A program made the position numbers and the translations under genes. DNA of 64,000 nucleotides from an uncultured virus (IMG/VR IMGVR_UViG_3300021962_006841) (taxonomy: Duplodnaviria > Heunggongvirae > Uroviricota > Caudoviricetes): the IMG/VR virus record IMGVR_UViG_3300021962_006841; one strand, written 5' to 3'. A model generated the notes under the pieces. That model ran no database searches, was not told the origin of the DNA, and saw nothing but the letters and a program-made list of their open reading frames with translations. Every line of letters begins with the position of its first letter. Position 1 is the stretch's first letter. Shown here in pieces: positions 18,731 to 28,099 of the stretch.

Positions 18731-18851
18731 TTTGTGTTTTCTCCTTAATGAGTTCCTTCTCAAGTTTACCAAATTCACGTCTATAAACCGTTTTACCCTT
18801 ATCAGGCGATTCATAGATGTATTTCTTTTCTTCTTGTTTTTGTTCTGTCAT
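18714..18851 (-). CDS. small phage protein with YIYESPD.GKTVYRR motif (not in ORF track)
   Basis: MTEQKQEEKKYIYESPDKGKTVYRREFGKLEKELIKEKTQNEDSR. Confidence 0.6.
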   Translation of the reverse strand: MTEQKQEEKKYIYESPDKGKTVYRREFGKLEKELIKEKTQNEDSR

Positions 18852-18860
18852 ATGTATACC

Positions 18861-18926
18861 ACTCTACTTTAAAAATATAGGCATATCCAATTCGTTGTTT
18901 CTTACAAACTGATAGAGATTTTCTAT
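18861..18926 (-). promoter_or_regulatory. ahpC operon promoter with OxyR-like box
   Basis: Minus strand ATAG-N7-CTAT-N7-TAAG-N7-GAAT abutting TTGGAT-18-TAGAGT. Confidence 0.55.
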
Positions 18927-19696
18927 TAGCCTATTCCCATCTCTTTTCTAATCTTAGTGGCAGAGATAGCTTGGATATCCTCAGGCAACTCTATCTTACT
19001 GATCGAATATCCTACATCCCGGCCATAAGAAATGTCAACGATATTAGGTACCCAAATGATCTGAAACTTACCAAGATAATTAGACAACTTCTTTAGGATA
19101 TATGCTTCTGTCTCTCTATGGCCAAATGGATTCTTTTCATCCTCAGGCATCTTTCTAACAAAGATAGCAACTTGACCAGTCTTCTTTAGAGCCTCCTCAA
19201 ACAATGCCTTATGACCATCGTGGAATGGCTGATAGCGACCCATCATCTGAACTGTTGGTTTAGTCCAATCAAAGTGCTCGCTAACAATCATATAGGCAAT
19301 ATCAAGAAGTTCATCTTCATAGTCCCAGCTATCGATCCAAAACATGAACTCTTTTGGTCGCTGGAAGATCTTATTTGTATCCTCAAATCTACCTTCCTTA
19401 ATTGTATCCATCCAAACGATAATATCACCTGCAAACAAGGACTGTGTCTCGTATGTTGGACATACGAAATCACAAATAGCATAACGACCTTGCTTATTAG
19501 AAGCTGCAGCAAAATCTTTCATTCTTTTTGCTTGCCGCATTCTACCTTCTGGTGAGAAGTCCCAATCATTATGCAATTGTCTTACCTTATCAGCATTATA
19601 CCAATCAACATTTTCACCAAGCAATGCTGCTAGTTTTTCAGCAAATGTCGTTTTACCAGAGCCTGGTAGGCCCATTACTAATATTGTACATGCCAT
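18926..19696 (-). CDS. cysC: adenylyl-sulfate kinase-like domain fused to a HIGH-family nucleotidyltransferase
   Basis: GLPGSGKTT, NADKVR...DWDFS.EGR.RQ; C-terminal GRYQPFHDGH and ISATKIR. Confidence 0.75.
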   Translation of the reverse strand: MACTILVMGLPGSGKTTFAEKLAALLGENVDWYNADKVRQLHNDWDFSPEGRMRQAKRMKDFAAASNKQGRYAICDFVCPTYETQSLFAGDIIVWMDTIKEGRFEDTNKIFQRPKEFMFWIDSWDYEDELLDIAYMIVSEHFDWTKPTVQMMGRYQPFHDGHKALFEEALKKTGQVAIFVRKMPEDEKNPFGHRETEAYILKKLSNYLGKFQIIWVPNIVDISYGRDVGYSISKIELPEDIQAISATKIRKEMGIG

Positions 19697-19697
19697 G

Positions 19698-20555
19698 TTA
19701 AATCTCCACTAAGTACTTGTGTCTATCGACATAATACAATGATTGCTGCCATGCTCCTAGTACTGGGGCTGGTAAGTCATCAGTTACAATTACTTTGTTT
19801 GTATTATGAGGAGTTGGCACAAGATGAACCTTCTCCTTTTGATACTGTTGAATATGCTGCTGTGTGATACCAAACTTCTCAAGCTGAAGAGGTTTGATAT
19901 TGTCCTCATATGATACGAGCTTGATGTGATTTTTAAATCTATCATATACGACACGCCACATGAATAGCTGACCAATAAAGACTTGTGTGTACATGTTCAA
20001 CCAACTGAATGGTATACGCATCGCATCATACTTGATACAATTATCTTCGTTTGTAAAGATAAACGTGCTGGACCGCACATTTGGTCTTTGATTTGGAAAC
20101 CTGACATAATTTTCGTCTTGCTGTATTCTATATCTAGCATTAACCTTAGATATAAATTGCTCAACAATATTTCTACGGTGGGTAAGATATACATCGACGC
20201 CATTGTCAATGCAATACTCAATAAAAGAGAAATCCATAGTTTGCTTTTCGAGCTGCTCTTTTATAGTCCAACTCTCGTTAGATTGTTTTAAAATTTCAAT
20301 TCTTTTTGACTTTGCCTTAAAGAAGCCAACATGATCATATCCATTTGTAGCCTCGTTATGGTATTTTGCTGTTATGCTAGTAGAGGAGAACTGTTTATAC
20401 AATTCACTCTGTCTCTGGGTATCATTGTTGTAGTTATATTGGCGAGCAAGACTATGTAAGCCTTCACCAAGATTAATGGTGCCTTGACTATAGGATATCA
20501 AATCAGTTAGTATGGTACTACCTGATCTATTTGTAAATAAGATTAAATTATTCAT
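19698..20555 (-). CDS. sulfotransferase-like protein
   Basis: N-terminal RSGST PAPS-binding loop, RRNIVEQFIS, YED. Confidence 0.65.
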   Translation of the reverse strand: MNNLILFTNRSGSTILTDLISYSQGTINLGEGLHSLARQYNYNNDTQRQSELYKQFSSTSITAKYHNEATNGYDHVGFFKAKSKRIEILKQSNESWTIKEQLEKQTMDFSFIEYCIDNGVDVYLTHRRNIVEQFISKVNARYRIQQDENYVRFPNQRPNVRSSTFIFTNEDNCIKYDAMRIPFSWLNMYTQVFIGQLFMWRVVYDRFKNHIKLVSYEDNIKPLQLEKFGITQQHIQQYQKEKVHLVPTPHNTNKVIVTDDLPAPVLGAWQQSLYYVDRHKYLVEI

Positions 20556-21387
20556 GCAGATTAGGAACTTCGTATTGTTTTAATATCTCGAGAATTTCTT
20601 GCCAGTTAGATATCTGGTCGCCAACATTATATCTATGTGTTGGTCTTAATGAAATTTCTTCCTTTCCATATGCCTGGAGCAAGTCAGGACTGACATCTAG
20701 TAGGCTATAATCTCCTCTAACAATAGTGTCTTCGTAGTACATTACTTTACCATACTTACCATAAGCATTGACATACGCTTTCCACATATTGTTAATAACA
20801 GTAAGTTTTACTATTTGTTCTATTGCCTGCTCTGGAGGAACATTTACAGGAGGGAATGAAATGTTCAAACTATTATTTGTATTAAGATATCCGCTAATCT
20901 CTGAAATTTCAAGTCTTCCTGCTTTCTTAGCTTTTCTATAAAAATTAGTCTTTACTTCTGCAAGTAGGATACTGTATAGCTGCTTCTTAAAGTTTCTTCT
21001 GCTTACAAAATATAACTCAAAATTGTTTTCTATAGCCCATTCTACTAGCCCAATCCCAGGTAACATAGCTGTTGGATAATATTTTACTATTACAGGATAT
21101 TTTTGTGTTACCTCTTTTACAAATTCAAACTTTTGATTGTAAAGATTGAATGTGTGGTAAAAATATGAATCTCTTTCTTTCTTATTTGTTGGCTTTGGCA
21201 AAGGATCTAGTAATGAACGTTCGCTCAGAATAGCTTTAATGTCGTCAGGTATCTTGTCGTATAGCACACTTCTTATTGTTGTGTCCAGCACCTCATCGAG
21301 GTTGATAGCATTGTACTTATAGGCGAGTAGATCGCTTATAATAGTGCTTCCAGACCTAGGTGTGAATACAACAAGAACATTAGCCAC
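20548..21387 (-). CDS. sulfotransferase-like protein (paralog of 19698-20555)
   Basis: TPRSGST, RRNFKKQLYS, YYED, ISNWQE. Confidence 0.65.
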   Translation of the reverse strand: MANVLVVFTPRSGSTIISDLLAYKYNAINLDEVLDTTIRSVLYDKIPDDIKAILSERSLLDPLPKPTNKKERDSYFYHTFNLYNQKFEFVKEVTQKYPVIVKYYPTAMLPGIGLVEWAIENNFELYFVSRRNFKKQLYSILLAEVKTNFYRKAKKAGRLEISEISGYLNTNNSLNISFPPVNVPPEQAIEQIVKLTVINNMWKAYVNAYGKYGKVMYYEDTIVRGDYSLLDVSPDLLQAYGKEEISLRPTHRYNVGDQISNWQEILEILKQYEVPNLHE

Positions 21388-21757
21388 CGCGTCTTAGCCT
21401 CTCACCACTACCAATTGTCTTAGGATCTGTTTCGTCAGTAACATACTGATAAGCGCCCTTGTTATAGGCAATAGCAATTCGCTTACTTTTGGCAATGATA
21501 GCCTCACGAACGTGCTCTGGCTCTTTAGCTAACACAGCAGCATCAGTCATTGATACACGACTAGTAAAACAAGCATTAGTCTCTAGCGACTTTGCCTGCA
21601 TGACGACCTCGCTTTCAGAACGAGGCGGGCGGTAATCACGAGGAGTGTATACAGACTTACTATCCATATACTTCTTGGCATCATACTTAGTGGCAATAAC
21701 GCCACGAACCTTACGCTTCTTTTTAGGCTTGAAACGAGCACGAGTGTATACTAACAT
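21380..21757 (-). CDS. conserved basic hypothetical protein, probably leaderless
   Basis: IAIAYNKGAYQYV motif; ATG lies 7 nt after TATAGT. Confidence 0.7.
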   Translation of the reverse strand: MLVYTRARFKPKKKRKVRGVIATKYDAKKYMDSKSVYTPRDYRPPRSESEVVMQAKSLETNACFTSRVSMTDAAVLAKEPEHVREAIIAKSKRIAIAYNKGAYQYVTDETDPKTIGSGERLRRGG

Positions 21758-21764
21758 ACTGTCC

Positions 21765-21824
21765 ACTATACGCACATTTGGTCAATAGGTCAACAACTAA
21801 ATTCCTAATAGAATCAAGGAGTTA
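21765..21824 (-). promoter_or_regulatory. sigma70 promoter with upstream IHF-like box
   Basis: TTGACC-17-TATAGT; AATCAAGGAGTTA at 21812-21824. Confidence 0.7.
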
Positions 21825-22266
21825 CATCAATCCCAGCTTGCCGCAGCGTTTTATCCACTTCTGCATCGACAACTCTCTGCCGTAATTCCGTCGTAGAAAA
21901 TGTATGTTCTCTTTTATTAAAGTAGAACTTAATACCACGCTCAATGCATTCGTTACGACCGGTGAATTCTCTATGCTCGTATTCGTTACCCAGAATGCGG
22001 ATATTAATTGGATATGCTAAGAGAATATCAACAAGATCTTTTTCTGTAGCATATACCACAACTTCATCAACATACTTACATGCCTGGAGCTGAACATATC
22101 TCTCGAAAATACTTTGCACTGGCTTATTCTTTTCCTTTCTATCAATTGTTGGATCTGTTTGTAAACCAACAATTAAATGGTCACATTGAGCCTTTGCTTC
22201 CTTCAACATAATAACATGTCCAGCGTGGAACAGATCAAATGTTGAACATGTGAATCCTACTTTCAT
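21814..22266 (-). CDS. tagD: glycerol-3-phosphate cytidylyltransferase-like (TagD family)
   Basis: FDLFHAGH, VGLQTDP, YVDEV, R.H.FSTT.LR. Confidence 0.85.
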   Translation of the reverse strand: MKVGFTCSTFDLFHAGHVIMLKEAKAQCDHLIVGLQTDPTIDRKEKNKPVQSIFERYVQLQACKYVDEVVVYATEKDLVDILLAYPINIRILGNEYEHREFTGRNECIERGIKFYFNKREHTFSTTELRQRVVDAEVDKTLRQAGIDVTP

Positions 22267-22658
22267 AATCCAATATTCCTTCTAGTAAATTTCACCAAAA
22301 TGTTGTCATTGTAGTATTTGTCTGACTCTAGAACCTCATTGGCAAACTGCAACTTAGCTTCCCAGTAGTTTGTTTCGCCTCGTGTCTTGCATAGCCGGAC
22401 GATTCTTCTAACAAATTTATCTTTACCAAACTTCTCAACATCTTCTAGCATACGAGGAGAAGACCCATAATAGTCTTTCCAATCAGACTCCTTACGTGTC
22501 TTTCTTTTTTTGCCTTTGACTTGTTTGGTACCGGCCTTTGTAAAATACTTACGACCTAGATACAGCTTGCTGTTTTCTAAACATTCAATCTCATAGATGA
22601 ATCCATAATGCCCTTTGACATCCTCATCCGTAAGCTCATGACCATTGTATAACCACAT
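22263..22658 (-). CDS. GIY-YIG-type (Seg-like) endonuclease
   Basis: GFIY...YLGRK, ESDWKDYYGSS, YYN.NI. Confidence 0.75.
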   Translation of the reverse strand: MWLYNGHELTDEDVKGHYGFIYEIECLENSKLYLGRKYFTKAGTKQVKGKKRKTRKESDWKDYYGSSPRMLEDVEKFGKDKFVRRIVRLCKTRGETNYWEAKLQFANEVLESDKYYNDNILVKFTRRNIGL

Positions 22659-22676
22659 AATATCACCTCTTGGTGA

Positions 22677-22684
22677 TATTTATA
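22677..22684 (-). promoter_or_regulatory. T4-type late promoter
   Basis: TATAAATA followed by GAGGTG SD. Confidence 0.7.
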
Positions 22685-23482
22685 CTAATTGTTAATCTTT
22701 AGTGGTTCTACTTTTAAACCTTTCATGAATCCAGGTGACACGCTTGCATTATAGGCAGCAGGTCGACCTTGAATAGTTGATATTCTATCACCAACTACAC
22801 ATACCACTGGTGGAGGGTCCATTACACATCTTGCAATACCAAAATTGTCATGGATCGAAAGAATACCATCAATTGTAGTATTAACTCCACCAAACTCTGC
22901 TGTATAATACCCCTGCATCCTATCAATCATATATCTTGCCATACCAGGTGTGATGGCATAGGCATGGGTACCTTCAAACTTATTAATGTCCATGAATTCA
23001 ATGGGGTCATTAGGACGCTGATAGTCGTCAGCTTTATTAACTCTGTACCCAAGCATTACTAGCTTATTATCTGGAATCTCGGTATCATACAAATAATCTT
23101 TCACTATTGCATCATGCTCAAATACGCAACACGCGTATGGTTGTTCTGCAATTGTGTGCCAGAGTTTAAGATGGCTTGCAGTACACCCCATTTCATTATT
23201 TTTGACAACCCAATGAAATCCAGTTTCTTCATCAAGATCCCTAGAGGCAGCATTTTCAATGCCCTTCCACAATGTATATGGTAGACCATACTTCTTACAA
23301 GATGCAGCACATTCATTAGCATACTCAATAGATTCAGGCTTATCAATGTAAATGATATAGGCATGTCTGATCTTGCCTGTATCGCCTGGTGCCTGTCTAT
23401 TAGATCTGTCTAGTTCCATGCTATCACCACCAATAACTTTATCGCCTTTGATCTTAACGCCTTTGACTGTAACAGAACCCAA
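22685..23482 (-). CDS. glycosyltransferase family 25-like
   Basis: EMGCTASHLKLW, VFEHDA, GTHAYAITP..A. Confidence 0.8.
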   Translation of the reverse strand: MGSVTVKGVKIKGDKVIGGDSMELDRSNRQAPGDTGKIRHAYIIYIDKPESIEYANECAASCKKYGLPYTLWKGIENAASRDLDEETGFHWVVKNNEMGCTASHLKLWHTIAEQPYACCVFEHDAIVKDYLYDTEIPDNKLVMLGYRVNKADDYQRPNDPIEFMDINKFEGTHAYAITPGMARYMIDRMQGYYTAEFGGVNTTIDGILSIHDNFGIARCVMDPPPVVCVVGDRISTIQGRPAAYNASVSPGFMKGLKVEPLKINN

Positions 23483-23487
23483 GTTAC

Positions 23488-24063
23488 TTACCCCTGTATC
23501 ATATCGTATGTTAACACTGCTCTAGGCGATAGCTTTGGTATACCAACACTATGCTTGATTGTACCATCAAATATTACAAGTCTATTTCTTTTTGGTTCTA
23601 CTTCTGTACGTAAAGTTCCATCGGTGTTATAGAATGCTGTAGTTCCATCTGCATCATTAATATAATATAGAACTACCCAATGATCACCTGGCAAGTTAAC
23701 ATGGGGGCTCTTATGGTCTTGTTGTATAGCCATTGGCACTTGCAAATACATTCTACCATGCAATGGTTTAAACCCATCCAATATCTTATTAGACAATAAG
23801 AACTTAGTGGACATATCATGCAATGCTTTCTTCATTCGCATCGTTGGGTCCTGCTCATTATACTGCATTTTGCTAGTATATACCATAGAAGCAAAACTAA
23901 TCATTCCAGGACTCGTCTTATCAATCTTGATCAGGAATGGTATTGAACCATTGACATCACAACTATCACTTTTTAAATTACCAGTACCAAAGACTATATT
24001 TGAGATTCTCTCAGCTATAGCCTCTGGTAGGTAATTGTTGAAGACATTAATTTGCCCAGACAT
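23488..24063 (-). CDS. 2OG-Fe(II) oxygenase-like protein
   Basis: PHVN, VLYYINDADG.T, PKRNRLVIFDG..KH...P...R. Confidence 0.75.
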   Translation of the reverse strand: MSGQINVFNNYLPEAIAERISNIVFGTGNLKSDSCDVNGSIPFLIKIDKTSPGMISFASMVYTSKMQYNEQDPTMRMKKALHDMSTKFLLSNKILDGFKPLHGRMYLQVPMAIQQDHKSPHVNLPGDHWVVLYYINDADGTTAFYNTDGTLRTEVEPKRNRLVIFDGTIKHSVGIPKLSPRAVLTYDMIQG

Positions 24064-25027
24064 CTTCCCATGAGCCACTCAAAGCACCCTTAGCATAATC
24101 TGTTGCTCTATTCTCAAAGAAATTCGTATGGGTAGGAGCATTGATCATCTCCTCAACCCATAGCAATGGATTCTTCTTAACTTTGAAGATACCTTTCATC
24201 CCAAGCGATATGAGACGTCGATCAGCGATGTATCGGATATATTTCTTGACGTCTTCCGAAGTAAGATCCTCCATCTCTCCTCCCTCGAACGCCAAATCAA
24301 TAAATTGATCTTCCAATTCGACCATCTTAGTTGCAATAGTATAAATTTCAGATTTGAGTTCATCATTCCACAACTCCCTATTCTCTTCGATATAGGTTCG
24401 GAACAACTTGATCATTGCTTCAGCGTGTTGAGTCTCATCAACAATACTCCAAGTAATGATCTGGCCCATTCCCTTCATCTTGCCATGGCGTGGAAAATTA
24501 AGTAGCATAATGAACGAACTAAACAACTGCATACCTTCAGTGAAAGCTGAGAATGCAGCAATGTTCTGTGCAATTCTCTTCTTATCACTCTTTGTAAACT
24601 TTGCTAGATAGTCATGCTTATCCTTCATTGCTTGATATTCTAGGAACTGATTGTATGTATCTTCTGGCATACCTAAAGTTTCAATTAGATGCGAGTAAGC
24701 AGCAACATGAAGAGCTTCGCGAGCTGCAAAGCCAGCTAACATCATTCTAATCTCTGGCTGAGGGAAGAATGGAAGATAGGTCTTGATATACCCACCAGCA
24801 ACATCGATATCGCCTTGAGTGAAGAACCTAAAGATCTGTGTTAGAAATTTCTTCTCGTTATTATTGAGTTTATTCTTCCAGTCCTTTAGGTCTTCTAGCA
24901 TTGGAACTTCAGTATGAAGCCAATGGCTCTGTTCATGCTTTAACCACGACTCATATGCCCATGGATAGTTAAATGGCTTGAAGTACGAACGCTCATCCGT
25001 AAGTACCAACTCTTGTTTTGTTGTCAT
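24047..25027 (-). CDS. nrdB: ribonucleotide reductase class Ia beta subunit
   Basis: FFTQGDIDV, EALH..AYS, EGMQLFSSF, DETQH, NFFENRATDY. Confidence 0.95.
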   Translation of the reverse strand: MTTKQELVLTDERSYFKPFNYPWAYESWLKHEQSHWLHTEVPMLEDLKDWKNKLNNNEKKFLTQIFRFFTQGDIDVAGGYIKTYLPFFPQPEIRMMLAGFAAREALHVAAYSHLIETLGMPEDTYNQFLEYQAMKDKHDYLAKFTKSDKKRIAQNIAAFSAFTEGMQLFSSFIMLLNFPRHGKMKGMGQIITWSIVDETQHAEAMIKLFRTYIEENRELWNDELKSEIYTIATKMVELEDQFIDLAFEGGEMEDLTSEDVKKYIRYIADRRLISLGMKGIFKVKKNPLLWVEEMINAPTHTNFFENRATDYAKGALSGSWEDVWAN

Positions 25028-25037
25028 TTTTATCTTC

Positions 25038-25667
25038 CTATTTCTCGATCCAACCAGTGATGATATATTTCTCACCACTTAAAGGTTGGTTGCCTCTATG
25101 AGCATGTGTAAAGTATGCAGGCCAAATTAACATCTGACCCATTATTGGTTTAAATCTAACTTTCTGATATAGAAATTCAGTTTCACCACCCTCATCAACC
25201 GTATTCAGGTTTAATGAGAATGCTAGTAATCTTCTAGGTGCTCTACCTGATGTTCCATGCTCATGATGCCATACATGATAACCTTGGCCAGGTACTGTCT
25301 TCTGTATCTTTGAGTCCTGTATTGAAAGCTTCTTCTCTGCATCAGGGAAGCCAGCCAATCCGGGATAATGTCTACAGTATTCCTTCAAGCACTGGTTTAT
25401 TAATACATTCGTAAACTCAGTTGAGTGATTATATATCTCAGCTATCTCAGGGTGTTTATTTATCATCCATTCAGAAAGGTGGTTACCATTTGCTGTTGTA
25501 GATAAGTCATCCTTTGAGAATGGCGATACGTTTTCACTATTCTGCCTGTTAACAACCATACCAGCCTTTTCAGCATTCTTGAAAAAGCGGATATAATTAT
25601 CACATTGCTGCTGCGTATAGGCTCCATCAAATATACCGATGAAGTCATCTCTAATTTCTACTCTCAT
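25038..25667 (-). CDS. 2OG-Fe(II) oxygenase
   Basis: QKT.PGQGYHVWHHE, LN.VDEGGETEFLYQ, THAHRGNQP, KYIITGW. Confidence 0.88.
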   Translation of the reverse strand: MRVEIRDDFIGIFDGAYTQQQCDNYIRFFKNAEKAGMVVNRQNSENVSPFSKDDLSTTANGNHLSEWMINKHPEIAEIYNHSTEFTNVLINQCLKEYCRHYPGLAGFPDAEKKLSIQDSKIQKTVPGQGYHVWHHEHGTSGRAPRRLLAFSLNLNTVDEGGETEFLYQKVRFKPIMGQMLIWPAYFTHAHRGNQPLSGEKYIITGWIEK

Positions 25668-26131
25668 TTAATTGCTCTCAGTAGTAATTTTAAAAACAGC
25701 CATGTACCAATAGCACATATAACTAAGACAGTTATGATATCAGCGACATTATGGGTTTCAAAAAAAACAATTATAGGTTGAAGCCTCTCTTTCAACCAAC
25801 CCAACAATTCCACTAATCCCCATATGCCAAACATTACAACAAGCGCGACACCTGTGCCAGTACCATCACCAGAAGATAACTTATCATAATCTCTTTTTGA
25901 TAGTTTGTACGGATCCTTACTCGATAATGTTTTCTGTGTTGTTTTATGCCAACCGTTAGCTCTTTCAGTAGTACGTATAACTGTCTTACCGTCTGCTCTG
26001 TGGGTAGTTGTAATTCTATGCCCTAGACCGCCCTTCTTTCCAGCTCCCTGGGAAGTAGAAGTAGTCCAGCCTTTACTAGTTGAAGTTCTAGTTATGCCGC
26101 CAGACTTACTTCTTTTCCTCCAGGTAGCCAT
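25664..26131 (-). CDS. hypothetical membrane protein with basic Thr-rich N-terminus
   Basis: Two C-terminal TM segments; coupled to nrdA. Confidence 0.6.
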   Translation of the reverse strand: MATWRKRSKSGGITRTSTSKGWTTSTSQGAGKKGGLGHRITTTHRADGKTVIRTTERANGWHKTTQKTLSSKDPYKLSKRDYDKLSSGDGTGTGVALVVMFGIWGLVELLGWLKERLQPIIVFFETHNVADIITVLVICAIGTWLFLKLLLRAIK

Positions 26132-27912
26132 CAGCCCTCACAGGCCAAACATTCAGTGCCTTCTGTTAGAGCCTTGATATCAATCTCCTGAATGATCTCA
26201 CGCTCAATCTTCTTGGCGACCTTATCAGCTTTACCAATCTTCTCAGAACGGCAATAGTAGAGAGTCTTTAGTTCATGCTTCCACGCCATATAGTGTACAG
26301 CATGAAGGTACTTAACATTAGCGTTTGGTCTAAAGAATAGATTAACTGATTGGCCCTGATCAATGAATTGCTGACGGTCAGCTGCATGTTCAATAATCCA
26401 TCGTTGGTCAATTTCCATGGCAGTCTTGAATACATCCTTTTCATAATCTTCTAACTCATCTAAATGTTGAACAGAACCATCATTAGCAATGATAGATGAC
26501 CAGATCTCTGGTAGCTTATCTTCACTATATTTACTCTTCAGTAAATTATTTAGATACTTGTTCTTATAGAAGTATGCTCCTGAAAGGGTGTCCTGTCTAA
26601 ACCCATTTGCTCTATAGGGCTCAATCGAAGGACTGGTGTTACCCATAATGATACTACTAGAAGCGTTAGGAGCAACAGCCATGAGGTGACTAAAGCGTAG
26701 ACCTGTGCCTTCGGCATCTGGTGCCTCTCCTCTTTCTTTTCCAAGCTGCTTATTGGCTTCATTTAACTTCTCTCTAATATTCTTAAACATTCTCATGTTG
26801 GCTGACTTAGCCATTGCAGATTCAAATGCGAGCATATTCTTCTGAAGGTAGGCATGGAACCCTAGAGCACCAACACCAATTGATCTTTCTCTTGTTGCAG
26901 AATAGACAGCTCTGTGAACTGGCTTAGGAGCATTATCGATGAAGTGCTGGAGAACATTATCTAACATCTCAGCAATATCACGAAGGAATCTTTTATCATC
27001 CTTCCACTCATCATAATACTCTAGGTTTACAGACGATAAGCAACAAACAGCTGTTCTCTTCTTATCGGTTGGTAGAATAATTTCAGAGCAAAGGTTTGAC
27101 TGCTTTACAGACAATCCCTTATCCTTTAACCACTGAGGAAGGTACTTGTTAGAAGTGTCAACAAAGTGAAGATATGGCTCACCAGTCATCATTCTTAGTT
27201 CAAGGATCTTCTGCCAAAGCTCTCTTGCTGATACCTTCTCCTTTACTTCACCAGAAGCTGGATCAACAAGTTCCCAAGCGTCATCTGCTTTTGGATCAGT
27301 CATACATTTCTCAATAAGCTGCATAAACTTATCAGGAATGTTGATGCCATGGTGGAGGTTCAAGCAACGGATGTTCTGGTCACCAGTTGGCTTTCTCATC
27401 TCTAAGAATGGAATAATATCTGGATGGCCAATATCTAGATATGCAGCATAAGAGCCTCGACGAGTTCTACCTTGACGGTAGGCAAGACAGGATGAGTCGT
27501 AGATCTTTAGGTGAGGCATAATGCCAGTTGACTTCTCGTCGGCTGATCTAATACCTAGACCAATACCTACACCACCACCAAGCATCGATAACCAATTGGT
27601 TTCTGATAGAGTGTCTACCAACCCTTGGGATGAGTCATCCATATAGTTAAGAAAGCAGGAGATAGGCAAGCCCTTAGATGTTCTACCATAAGAAAGAATA
27701 GGTGTGGAGTATGATAGCCAATGCTTGGAAGAATAATCGTATAACCTCTGCGCATGCTTTTCATCACTACCAAATGCTTTAGATACGAAAGCAAAACGAT
27801 GTTGAGGGGATGTTTCATCATCACGCATGTAAGATTCTTTCATTCTCTTCATGCCATGATCATCAAACAGAATGTCTCTTGAAAGGTCGATGTTGATGTC
27901 TAGATATTTCAT
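26131..27912 (-). CDS. nrdA: ribonucleotide reductase class Ia alpha subunit (no ATP cone)
   Basis: PISCFL, QSNLCSEI, APNASSS, KTLYY, C-terminal CLACEG. Confidence 0.95.
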   Translation of the reverse strand: MKYLDINIDLSRDILFDDHGMKRMKESYMRDDETSPQHRFAFVSKAFGSDEKHAQRLYDYSSKHWLSYSTPILSYGRTSKGLPISCFLNYMDDSSQGLVDTLSETNWLSMLGGGVGIGLGIRSADEKSTGIMPHLKIYDSSCLAYRQGRTRRGSYAAYLDIGHPDIIPFLEMRKPTGDQNIRCLNLHHGINIPDKFMQLIEKCMTDPKADDAWELVDPASGEVKEKVSARELWQKILELRMMTGEPYLHFVDTSNKYLPQWLKDKGLSVKQSNLCSEIILPTDKKRTAVCCLSSVNLEYYDEWKDDKRFLRDIAEMLDNVLQHFIDNAPKPVHRAVYSATRERSIGVGALGFHAYLQKNMLAFESAMAKSANMRMFKNIREKLNEANKQLGKERGEAPDAEGTGLRFSHLMAVAPNASSSIIMGNTSPSIEPYRANGFRQDTLSGAYFYKNKYLNNLLKSKYSEDKLPEIWSSIIANDGSVQHLDELEDYEKDVFKTAMEIDQRWIIEHAADRQQFIDQGQSVNLFFRPNANVKYLHAVHYMAWKHELKTLYYCRSEKIGKADKVAKKIEREIIQEIDIKALTEGTECLACEG

Positions 27913-27913
27913 T

Positions 27914-28099
27914 TCAGCCCTCGGGTGATTGTAGTTTAATAATAGAGCATTGCTTTCCATCATCTGATATAACCCATGCTAAATTATCACCCTCTTTCCA
28001 GCCCACATGCTTCATAAGATCAGCAGGAAATAAAATAACTAGTTCACCATTCTCTTCAACTACCTTCGTAGTCCATACTTTTGGTTCATATTCACTCAT
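27914..28099 (-). CDS. AbrB/MazE-like small DNA-binding protein
   Basis: GELVILFPADLMKHVGWKEGDNLAW. Confidence 0.7.
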   Translation of the reverse strand: MSEYEPKVWTTKVVEENGELVILFPADLMKHVGWKEGDNLAWVISDDGKQCSIIKLQSPEG

